Below are positions 52,558-64,000 of a stretch of DNA of 64,000 nucleotides, one piece after another. The stretch's first letter is position 1, and each line of letters starts with the position of its first letter. The stretch covers positions 170,686,001-170,750,000 of the forward strand of contig JBITNC010000001.1 in assembly GCA_050084985.1 (NCBI GenBank), given 5' to 3'. A model generated the notes under the pieces. That model saw only the letters and a list, made by a program, of their open reading frames with translations. It was not told where the DNA came from and made no database searches. The stretch comes from Nageia nagi. Lineage: Eukaryota > Plantae > Pinophyta. A program made the position numbers and the translations under genes.

Positions 52558-54265
52558 GTGATTAGTAAAATCATAGCTACTATATTTCATTTTTTATTAA
52601 TGAATTTAAAATAGCTTAATGATGTGGTTATCATGATTTGGATTAAGGATATGGAGTTCTAAGAAGTTTCATAGTCATCTATATTTTGTTTTTCAAATTC
52701 TTCCACCACCATTAACTGTTATATCATATTTATCAACTTTTTTAAGGGATTTATTGATATACTCCATTGTTACTAGCCTTTTGTATTAATTCTAGCTTAG
52801 GCGAATGCATCATTTTATTTCTATAATTATTTCTTTCTAATTAGCTACTTCAAGTTAAGCTAAAGGAGTTGTTATTGGTGATAATAGTGGATGTAGGAAA
52901 GTGTCCATGAAAGTTTGTATCAAAGGTATAGTATGAGGTAATTCTCATAAACCTAATATTGTATTTCCCATGAATATTTTTGATAATGATTGTAAGTGGG
53001 TGGAATAACATTCCCTTATTGGGTATTTCCTTGATCGAATCCTGAGTGATATCCTCATTCAAAATTATATTCAAATGACCTGAAATCCTTGTGGCATCCA
53101 TCCTTATAAAAGGCTTATGGTATGTTCATAATACCTTACTTTATTTTCCAACCATGGTTTTATCATTTCTTTGTTTGATAATTATTTTCTTAAGGTATTT
53201 GTATAAGTAGAAATTCACTAATCTCCCTTCCCCCTTATGGTTGTTTCATTGAAATCTTGTTTCTCTAATTATAAAATTTATTTGCATAAAGTAAAGAAGT
53301 TTAATTCTGTAGTCCTTATAAAGGCATGTGTTCAAATTTACCTAACATGAGACCTAAAAGAATAACTCGATATTCAAGTTGTTGAAATAAGATTTTAGCA
53401 ATGAATTATGTAAATCAACTTATCCAATACATGCTACTAGTATTAATCTGATTCTCATAATATTAAGGACTAACCCCTTATATAAGGTTAGTTTGAACCA
53501 AAGGTAACTTATGCTTTACCTCCCACTTCCAATATACATGTACAAATAAATAATGGAAGTTATGAAGAGTGGACTATGGTTTTCAACAACAAAAAATAAT
53601 GCATGCATTGTAATTATTCACACCTAATTTAGATACTATTTTCTTAAATTAGTTATCTTTTAATCTAAATGATGATATACAATATTTTCATGATATATAT
53701 TATCATATTATTGAACTTAAGTACCATCTCATGTTATTTTTTTCTTTTATTATACAAAAGACCTAACATCGACGATGGGTTCTAGTTGTGCATTTTGGAG
53801 GTTCACTTACATATAAAAAGAGGAAACATTCATATGGAATTATTATCAAATGTTTATCTTGATAGGACCATATGCATATCTTAGGTGTTCTTCACACTTC
53901 CTATTGAGATTGAGATCTTTGTTATCATATGAGCTATTGTTTATCATTCTTTCAGTATTATTTGTTAGGTTAGACTTTTTGATGTCATATTTTATTATAT
54001 ATCTTTGTTATGAAGCTTGATTCTTAGGTTGAATAACATTAACATTGAACCTAGTAGCATCGTTGGGCTATTCAATTATATTGTATAACGATTTCGCATA
54101 AAAGGTTTTACCACTAAGACAAAGCTTACACCAATACATATAATCAAATATCCAAGTAAGGTAATAGGTATATTATCTTTAACATATCTCTTAATAGTTC
54201 TAGGTCTAAGATATGATCCAATAGTTAGGATATTGGCTCAATAAAGTTTAATCCTTCATATCTCT

Positions 54266-57200
54266 TATAACATCCCTCTTTGTAAAAAGTAATTAATTTT
54301 GGAATCCTAAGGACTCCCTTTTTGTAAATATTTATTTATTCATGTAATTATTATTAGGTACTTTAGATAGAATTATAAAGGTTTGTTGGACCCACTTTAT
54401 GAGCCCCATGAGGGACGTTTTCCTCCCAAGCTAGGATTTGTTATTTTATTAGTCATTAATACACTTGGAGATCCTAAAAGATGATTGTGGGAATCCTAAG
54501 GCTTGTATAGCACTTAGATGACACTTGAGCATGGATAAACACCTATTTTCTTGAACGTTGGATTTGGGATCACTTGTACATATGTTCTAGCCTTAGGGAG
54601 ATTCCTAGACCCCCACATTGGTCCATGATGACTCCTAAATACCCATGTATGCACTCTAGATTCCATGTTGGCTCATTGTGACTCCAAGACACCCATGCAT
54701 GTATTCTAGGATCCCTACATAGTATGGACGACTCCCACCCACCCATGTTGAGCATGAAGATCAATGTTGAGCATATGAAGGATCAAATACCCATGTTGGA
54801 TCTTTTTTGATCCCTAGGCACCTTCATTGGGCTTTGTGGGGCTTCTAGGATGCTAACGTTGAGATAGGAGGGTTGAGTGATGACTTTGAGATGAGATACA
54901 AATCCAATGATGAACTATATAAGGCTAAGGAGCCTCATATATGATATAGAGTTAATTATATATAGAATACTTCTCTTTGGATTTCTAAAGACTTGGTGGT
55001 GTCAAGAACCCTTAAGCGCAGCATACAAGGAGAGTTCAAAAGGTATAGAACACTTGTTGTATTACAGTTGAGATGATTATTTATGCAAGTGAGGCTGCCT
55101 TACCTTGAGGTATCCATAAGTGATCAACATCTTTGAATCCATCTGATGGTATTATTGGATCACATTCATTCTCTTCACCAGGAGCTAGCCTATGAGGGAT
55201 CCCTTCATTGAGGCATCCACAGATCTAGTAGGAGGTGATCATACTACATTACTTACGAGATGTATCTCAACATTATGTATACCCTAGTTAGCTCCTTGGA
55301 GCCCAACATTGATCCTTTTAGGCCAATTTGGTATTGTACTCATCATTCTCTTGCTAATTGAACTTGTGGCATACTTGGATCTCAATATTTATCTCATTAT
55401 GTGATGTTTATGCTTCCATATTTCCAACGTTAAGCTTTTTTGGTATGTGTACACTTATATGGTGGATCGTTGGTATTATTTGATGTATTTTACATAATGT
55501 ATGAGCCCCTATATATGATGCTAGGTATTTTAGTAGCATTAGTGATTATAGATTAAGTCATTAACATTCCTCTATAATTTTAATGTGCATTTGATACCCT
55601 AGATCAAACGTAGCATGCTTAAGGGTGAATTTTGATATTTTGAATTTTTTATTTGGCTAATATCTATGTGAGAATATTTAGAGATATTACAATGGTATCA
55701 AAGCTTGGATATGGCCAGCTTATGAATGAGACCTATGATCCATAATTACTATACTAGATCCAACATCAAAAGGGAGATATATTTAGCCAAGAAGGATGAA
55801 AAGGGGATGTTTCTAGAAGAAACCCCATCTAGAACCACTCAAGATGATGATCATAAACCATGGATGGAGGACATCCAAGAGAGGGAGGCCTTTGGTGAAG
55901 AAAATTTGGCAATAGATGTAGATCCCCATCAACCAAAAGAAGGAGAAACTCCACTTCAACCAAGGAGAACATGCTATAAAGGAAGTTCAATGAGCTTATT
56001 ATGACTATGAGGAGTATAATGAAGGTTGTGCAAAATCAATAGACCAAAATAAATGCCTAGTTTGGGAAAAAAGAAGCCCTAAGAAGATACATGAGTCCCC
56101 CATGTTTTATTTTAGATGAGAAGGAAGAGAACATAATAGAGGTGAAACCTAGCTTAAGTAGATCACACAACTTGAAGGATAGAGGATCCACTCATTAAGA
56201 ATCCATGAGTCACCAAGAGCATGCATTTGTGAGGTCCCATTCTCATAGGGCATCATAGGGGACTAACCCTCTCCTAGGGAGGTTCCTAAAAGAAAAAATT
56301 AGGAAGATAGGAGGTCATACCATCATTCCCAAACTATCCAATACCATGTTTGCTAAGAAATTTACAAATGAGGTAAAAAATTGGGTCCTAAATCCTCTTG
56401 AGTTGAATAAGATTTTTAGAGAATATTCTATACTAGATCTAGGATTAAGGAGGGATATAAATTTCAATGGCTATTTAGAGATTTTAGGGTTGAAGGGAGG
56501 TAGTTATCATGGCACCCACTCTCAAAGCAATTCGTGGGATGATAAGAGGTAACTACAATAGAAGATTAATAAAATGTATTGTACAATAGAAAGAAGATGA
56601 CAACTAGGGCTTGGCTCCATTGGCTTCAAACATATGTTACCTTGAGTCTAAACATGGTGGAACAAGATGCAATCTATTTTACATCATTGCATTTTGAGGA
56701 AGATGCTCTTGAATGGTGGTAGCATGGGGTAATCAACCAAGATTATTCCAATATCTCCTCTTTTGATGAATTTGCTTAGCAGTTAGTAAAATGATTTGAC
56801 AGGAAGAAGGAGAATGATTATTTTATAGAGCTCACTTCCTTAAGGAAAAAAGGTATGGTGGATGACTTCATTTCATATTTATAGAAGATTGCAATCAGGA
56901 TCCATAATATTTTAGAAGAGAGATTGACCTTAATCTTTGTAGAGGGGTTGATGGAACCCTTGAAAAGGATGGTGAAGGTATGAAGGCTAAAAACCCTTGA
57001 TGATGCAATCAAGGTACCCTATGATTTAGAGCTGACTATGATCATCCTCAAAGGGGTACAAACACATAAGGGGAAGGTTGTACAGAAACCAACAATAAAA
57101 AAAAAGGGATCTAGTAAGTTCAAATCTTTTCCCCCTCCTTAGATGAGTAAGATGGATGCAACCACTACAAGAAAGCTTAGAGAAGAAGGAAAATGCTTCC

Positions 57201-59503
57201 ATTACAAAAAAGCCATGGGATCCAAGATATTGTTGTCAAAGCAAAGAATAAGTGTACTACATTGAGATTATTTCTAATAATGAGAATGAAGATTTAGATT
57301 TGGAACTTGGTATAGACAAGCTGGATTAGACTAAGGCACCCAAGACAAAGGTATATCTTAAGAGTATGATTGCTTCACTCAATGGAGAAAAGAAATACCT
57401 CACTTTAAAGGTAATTGGGTAGGAAGGTGGGCAAGATGTAATGGTCCTCATAGACACTAGTGCTACTCATAATTTTATTGATGAAGATTTTATGGAGAAG
57501 AAGGGTCTTAGAACCAAGGGTTTTGAAGGATTCAAAGATTCCAATGCCAATAGGAAGCTCATATTAGTGGACCAAATCATGAAAAGATTTGGGGTAAGAT
57601 TGTAAAGTTACATAGTTAGGGAAAACTTATATGTGTATCCACTCAAGGGGTATCCCCATATTATCTTGGGTGTGCAATGGCTATTTGAATTGGGTGATAT
57701 TCACAGCAATTACAAGAATCTAACTATGAGTTTTGATATTGATGGTAAAACTCACACTCTGTATGGAATCAAGTATGAATACCCATAAGTCACGAACAAT
57801 AGATTGGAAGTGATTTGGCCACAACACAAGGAAAAAGAGAAGCCATATAGGCTAATGTTAGATACGGAAGGACTTTGGAACCTAATGCTGGGAAAGAAGG
57901 ATATTTTGCACCCCACATTGGGCTTAAAGAAGCTTGGAAACCTAACATTAGGTAAGGAGGAGACTTAGCATCCCACATTAGGTATGGAGGGGTCTTGGTA
58001 TCTCATGTCAAGTAGGAAGATGATTTGACATCCTATGTTGGTTATGAAGAGGTCTTGGCACCTAACGTTGGGCCAAAGGGGAGTCTAAAATCCCAAGTTA
58101 GACATGGATAAGGTTTGGCATCCAATGTTGGATGAGGAAGAGGATTTTCACCCCATGTTGAGCATCAAGTAGTCTAGGCACTTAATGCTAGGCAAAAAGG
58201 GAGTATTACATCCTACAGTGGATAAAATAGAGAATTGGCATCCAATATTTGATACATGAAGAGCTTGGCACCCAAAGTTAAGCTTGGGGAAGTCTTAGCA
58301 TCTATCATGGAACAAAGGCTCCAATGTTTCTCACTCATGCTTACTATTTTTCATGTTTTTATAAGTATATTTTTCAAAATTCTTCCAAATGCTCACTGCT
58401 ATAATTTGGTGCCTATCATCGATAAGTACATTAAAATTTTTGCATGTATCTTTATATCTTCTAAGGATTATTGCACCATAATATTTGTAGGCATTTTTAT
58501 GCCTAATGTTGATTACCAAAGATAAAATAAACTTCAACAAAATATCATAATTTTTGCATGCAATTTCTAAACACCAAAGAGGAACTGCAATGACTGATAT
58601 AAGGACTACATGGGCTAAGTTATGGAGGAGAATTATTGAAGTTGCATTCCACCACAAAGAGCCATAATTGATACCTATAGTGGAATCAAGGGATGTTTGG
58701 AAGAAAATGATTCTTGGCATCTTACAATTTCTTGATAGCAAGCAATTTGATAGGGGAGGCTTTGTAACATCCTCTTTTTGTAAAAATTAATTAATTTTGG
58801 AATCCTAAGAATTCTCTTTTTGTAAAAATTTATTTATTCATGTAATTGTTGTTAGTTACTTAGGATAGAATTATAAAGTTCCATTGGACCCACTTTGTGA
58901 TAGGGATGTTTTCCTACTAAGCTAGGATATGTTATTTATTAGTCATTAATATATTAGAGATCTTAAAAGATGATTGTCAAAATCCCAAGGCTTGTATAGA
59001 ACCCAGATGACACTTGAGCATGGATAAACACCTATTTTCTCAAACATTAGATTTTGGAGCACTTGTACACATGTGCTAACATTGGAGAGACTCTTAGAAC
59101 CCCATGTTGGTCCATGATGTCTCTTATACACCCACGCATATACTTTAGACCACATGTTGGCTCATTGTGACTCTAAGACACCTGTGTATGCATTATAGGA
59201 CCCCACATGGCTTGAGTGACTTCCAAGCACCCATGTTGAGTATGAGGACCCATGTTGACCATATGAAGGGTCTAAATACCCATGTTGGGCCTTATTTGAT
59301 CCTTAGGCACCTTTATTGGGCTTTATGGGGTTTCTAGGAAGCCAACATTAGGATGGGAGGGTTGGGTGATGACTTTGAGGTGAGATATAGATCCAATGAT
59401 GAGATATATCATGCTAATGAGTCTCATATCTAAGATAGGCTTGATTATACATATAAACCCTTCTTTTTGAAGTTCTAAAAACTTGGCAATGTCAAGTACC
59501 CTT
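54266..59503 (+). mobile_element. Non-autonomous Ty3/Gypsy element: gag-protease, 30-bp array, no RT/RH/INT; 3' LTR truncated
   Basis: 5' LTR 54266-55691, PBS tggtatcaaagc at 55693, Gag (EEDALEWW, FVEGLMEPLK), protease (VLIDTSATHNFI...IILGVQWL), PPT gataggggagg, and a 3' LTR from 58763 matching the first ~740 bp of the 5' LTR. Confidence 0.9.
57810..58330 (+). repeat. ~17 diverged 30-bp tandem repeats, in frame with the protease
   Basis: Periodic (tgg)ca(t/c)cc.a(t/c)gttgg units every 30 nt. Confidence 0.88.
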
Positions 59504-59504
59504 C

Positions 59505-60545
59505 TCTTCTTTTCTCTATTTTATAGAATGCAATAGTTCATGCATTAAAATTATACCATCTATTATAATCCTCCCATTAATAAAACCATCTTATTCTATA
59601 GATATGAGATCAGGGAGAAGGTATTTCAATCATGCAGATAAGATTTTTATTATTATTTTATACATGATATTGCACAATCTTATAGGTCTAGAGTCCTTTA
59701 AATCTTTAGCTATTTCTTTCTTGGGTGCTAGGGCTAAGAAAGTTGCATTTCAAGATTTAAGAAGCTTACCTCTTTTGAAGAATTCTACGACCACATCCTT
59801 TCCAACAATTTCCTAGTTTACTTTGAAAAAACCTACTTGGAATCTGTTTGGGCATGGAGCCTTATCCTTTTGAATTTCAAAGAGAGATTTCTTAATTTTC
59901 CTATAGGAAGTTTTCTTGTTTAAGTTTTCATTCATTTGATTTGAGATTTTTTTGGGTATATTTTTGAGGATCTTATTTGTTGTTGCTCGATTTATATTTT
60001 GGTTGACACTTAAAAAGCTTTTGAAAGTATTCTACTACATCTTTTTTGACATCCTCTTCATTCTTTACCTCTAAACCATCTCCTTTTCTTATTCTATGAT
60101 TTTATTAGTGCTTCTTCTTTGTAAAGTGGTCATTTTAAATAATGTAGTATTTATATCCCCTTTCTTTAACCAAGTAATTCTTGACTTCCATTACTAATGT
60201 TTTTCTTCTTAGGAGAGGATTTTATAGTAGTAGAAGAGGGCTTGCTTCTCCTTTATTTCCAAATCTTTTATTCCACCTTATTTGAGCATTTTATGCTTGA
60301 GAATCTCCAATTCTTCTTTCATCTCTAGCTTCCTTTCTACCACATTTCTAAACACTTATTTATTCCATTTGTTTACTCTTCTTTTCACCTCACTAAGCTT
60401 TTGGGATAATCTAAACATTGTAGTTCCTTTAACTTCAATTTTTGACCATTCTTTAAGACACTCTAAAAAGGTTGGATGGTCTATTTATTGGATTTACATC
60501 TTAAAGAGTAAAATTCTAATCAACAAAGATCTCAATAAGGCTCTC
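59505..60545 (-). mobile_element. L1 LINE ORF2 fragment
   Basis: Minus-strand translation: KAPCPNRF...NATFLALAPK...RPIRLCNIMYKIIIKIL...GFINGRIIIDGIILMHELLHS. Confidence 0.9.
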
Positions 60546-60549
60546 TAAA

Positions 60550-63500
60550 CCAACATAACAAATAGTCAATCTCATAATTTGAACATACAAGAAGCATAGT
60601 AGTTCCTCCTTCTCTTGGGAGTACATCCACTTTAAACCATATTTTCTATTACTTATCATAAGATAACTCTCTTACATATTCTCAAGCATTCTTCTATAAG
60701 AATTTCTCTACAAAAATCTTACAAGAGGATTCTTACAATTATACAAGACTAGCATTTTCATGCTTCTCCAATTGTGTTATTGATGGAATTGAAATATTTC
60801 ATAACCAAGATAATCTTGAAGCTTCTCTAACAAATTTAACATTCAACCATCTAACTAAGATAGAACCAATCACATAAATGATAACACACCATGTATAGTG
60901 GTTCCTCCAACTATGGGAGTACATCCACTTTGAACCATATTTTCTATTACATCTCACAAGATAACTCTCCATCTTTGAGTTGCAAAAAGAGCAAGGATAA
61001 TTATGATAGTAGGCATATTTACCATGGGAGCAAAGGCTTCCTCTTAATCTACATCATATTTTTGAGCAAAACCATTGGCTACTTCAATATCCCTAATTGA
61101 ATTATACTTTATCTTGAAAATCTACTTATTACTAATCACATTCTTCTCATTGGGATAAGGAACCAAGTTCCAAGTTTTATTTTTCATAAGTGCCTCACAC
61201 TCCACTTTCATGGCTTCAATCCAACACTCATGCTTTGAAACTTATTTAAGAAATGAGGGCTCATTCTTGTTATCAATTTTTTCAAGGTCACGCTCTTTGT
61301 TATCCTTTGTGTTGAAGAATTTTGCTCTTAAGTTGAATTATCTACATCAATATCTAACCAGCTAGGTGCAACTGATGAGTCATATGGATAATCAACATTT
61401 TCATTAGAAGTAGTTTCTTCAGGAAGTTCATTAAACTTTACATCCCTTGAAATGAACACTCCTTTGTAGGATGGAGAGTAGAGCCTGTAGCCTTTATGCT
61501 AACTTTCATAACCTATAAAGATGCATTTTTTTAGCTTTTTTATTCAATTTTTTTATTAGAAACAATGTAGGATAATGCTTCATAACCAAACACCTTAAGG
61601 TAAGAAATGTTAGGTTTTCTTCTTGACCATGTCTCAAAATGAGTTTTACCCTAAATAAATTTAGTGGAACACCTATTCAAGGTGTAAATAATAGTGCTCA
61701 TAGCTTCACCCCATAAGAAACTAAGAAGATTAACCAACATGCATCCAATCGTCTCCATAATTATATTATTTTTCTTTTCAATGACACCATTTTGCTGAAG
61801 AGTGTAAGGAATTGTAAACTACCTCTTGATTCTATACTTAGCACAATAGACATTGAACTCGTTGCTATTATATTTATCTTCATTATCTAATCTCAACATA
61901 TTGATTTTAAGATTATTTTGATTTTCAATTAAGAACTTAAAATTCTTGAAACTCTCAAAGGTTTTATCCTTGTGCTCAAGTAGATAGCCAAAATTCATCC
62001 TACTGAAGTCATTGATGAAGGTCAATACATAAGATGATCCTTCAAGTGACTTCATCTAAAATGTACCTATTAAATTTGAATATAGAAGTTGAAAAGGTTG
62101 AGATGCTATTATTACCTTATCTTTTTTGAATCTTTATCTATTCAACTTGCCTAAGATGCACTTCTCACACAAACCAATTGAAGGTAAAATAGAAGGCAAA
62201 TGTTTCACAAGTTCTTGGTCTTTTATGAATTGAATACTCTTATGGTTAAGGTGCCTTAAATGTTGGTGCCAAAGATTACCTCTAGAACATATATTTGTAG
62301 CAAGACACATCTTTGTTGGAACTTGATCTATTATGTAAAGATCATCTTCCATTGATCCTTTAACCAATGTGGCAAGTCCTTTCTTAATGGACCAAGATTG
62401 TGAGTTGAACTCAACAAATACCCTTTTCTTACAATTTGATTCATTGAGAGAAGATTCATCCTAAGCTTAGAAATATAGAGAGCATTTTCAAAAACCTTTC
62501 TGTGAATCAAGACACTCCCAATTCCTTGGATTTCAAGGATAAAATCATCATCTATCATAATTGCATCTTTTGTATACTTATGAAAATTTTCAAACTTACC
62601 TTTTTCAAAGCATAGGTGATTAGTGCAACCAGAGTCAACTATCTAATTAGTCAAAAAAGAGTGAGTCATGGAGTAGAGCATAACAGTAAATCCAACTTTT
62701 ATATTCTTCATCCCTTTGAAGTTCTTTACATTTCTATTGCCCTTGTTCTTTTTTTCTCTTTTCTTTTTGTAGAAATAAATTTCTTTATGACCATGGATGC
62801 CACAAAAGTTACAATTTCTATCAAATTTTGCCTTAGGATTTGATTTTTTTACCTTGCCTTTTCCATCTCTTTGCTTGAAGTGGTTATTATTTCTATTATT
62901 TTCATGATTGCTATTTTTGTTGCTTTTTTTCAAACCTTTTGGAGGAAGAGGGATAATATTTCTTATGATAATTGAACTTCTTCTTAAAAGGAGTTTTGAT
63001 TGATTTTAGAGTAACATTATTATCCTTTAAAGAAGAAATCAACACCTTTTTTTTAAGATTTTCCTCATACTTCAGAAGGAGCCTAAAAGGTTCTCAAGGG
63101 AGAATACTTCTTCTTTATCAAGCCTAGTATCAATTACCCTCATAAAGTTATTAAACTTTAAAGAAAGGCTGTTTAGAATGATGAAGACCATGAACTCATC
63201 ATTGATCTAATTACTTTCATAAGAAACAAGTTGGATCCTAAGGTCAATGATTTTATTCAAGTATATGGAAACATTTTCATCTTCCCCTTAACAATATTGA
63301 AGCAACTTTTAAAGAATAGTGAACCTTCTAGAAAACTTAGATCTAAGGTAAATTTGCTTAAGCTTATCCCAAGCTTCCTTTTTTAAGGTTGAAGATAAAA
63401 TCATAAGGATCATATCATCTGAAATTGCATGAAAAATTGTGGAGGTTGCCAACTTATTCTTTTTGCTGTATGCCTCAAGTACCTTCTCATTTGTAGGAGA

Positions 63501-64000
63501 AACAAGGTTCTCATTCACTATTTGCCAATGCTTTATTGCCTGTAATTCAACTCTCATCTGAGGTTTCTAAATACAAAAGTTGGAATAGTCAAGAATGTGT
63601 TTGGGTAAGAAGGTGTCTCCCATTTACTATGTAAGAATATAAAAATATTAATAATGAGATCTAAAACAACATTATATGTTTAATTTTAATCCAAATAAAT
63701 TAATCATACATTATAAATTTAGCAAGAAAGACATGCTTTGATTTGATCCACAAGAGCAAATGTTTATAACTCAAATAGACATCCCATGTAATCTCAAGGA
63801 GAAAGCCCTCAATTTATAGAATAAAATCCTCCCTTGGATCACTCTTTTAACCATTGTACAAAATCATGACATGCATCACCTTTTTACCCAAAGAGAATGC
63901 TCTTGAGATGAAGTGTAACACAAGTTACATTATTTTATTCATAAATACTTAAAAGGTATCTAGAGCTACTTTAAATTATTAATGAATTTATATTATCACA
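60550..64000 (-). mobile_element. Ty1/Copia element (same family as 38633-51119): gag, protease, integrase, truncated RT, LTR fragments at both ends
   Basis: ORFs 63309..63557 and 62643..62933 match the gag at 47880 and 48326. 62134..62367 (LWHQHLRH...CEKCILGK) and 61819..62055 are integrase. RT stops near 60975. 63810-64000 is the reverse complement of the U3 at 38690-38870. Confidence 0.9.

Noticed and set aside
52560-54265. AT-rich segment with ORF 52850..53101, perhaps an old DNA transposon
   Set aside because: No diagnostic motif or termini found.

Overview
Eukaryotic plant nuclear DNA, most likely from a gymnosperm (inferred from the style of the PPR fragment and the retroelements). 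The window is TE-dense and I found no intact host gene. It is a nest of retroelements: an RTEX/L2-like LINE, three L1 remnants, three deleted copies of one Copia family, a short-LTR Ale-type Copia, a near-complete Galadriel-type chromovirus (21709-28433, TSD ATTAC), a non-coding element that shares that chromovirus's LTR, PBS, leader and PPT (39896-45776, TSD CTCTC), a gag-only LTR element (28672-32334, TSD GGAAG), and a gag-protease Gypsy whose RT-RH-INT is replaced by an in-frame 30-bp array. There are also two hAT-type MITEs and decayed host-gene fragments: an EHD3-like PHD finger, a TVP38/TMEM64 exon in two copies, and a PLS-class PPR. The most interesting signals are (1) the autonomous/non-autonomous chromovirus pair with a conserved 37-bp hairpin array in the leader, (2) two Copia deletions whose junctions carry inverted fillers, one being the element's own PBS/U5 junction, and (3) the decapeptide array fused to Gag-protease. 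All alignments and translations were done by eye, and no database searches were run.
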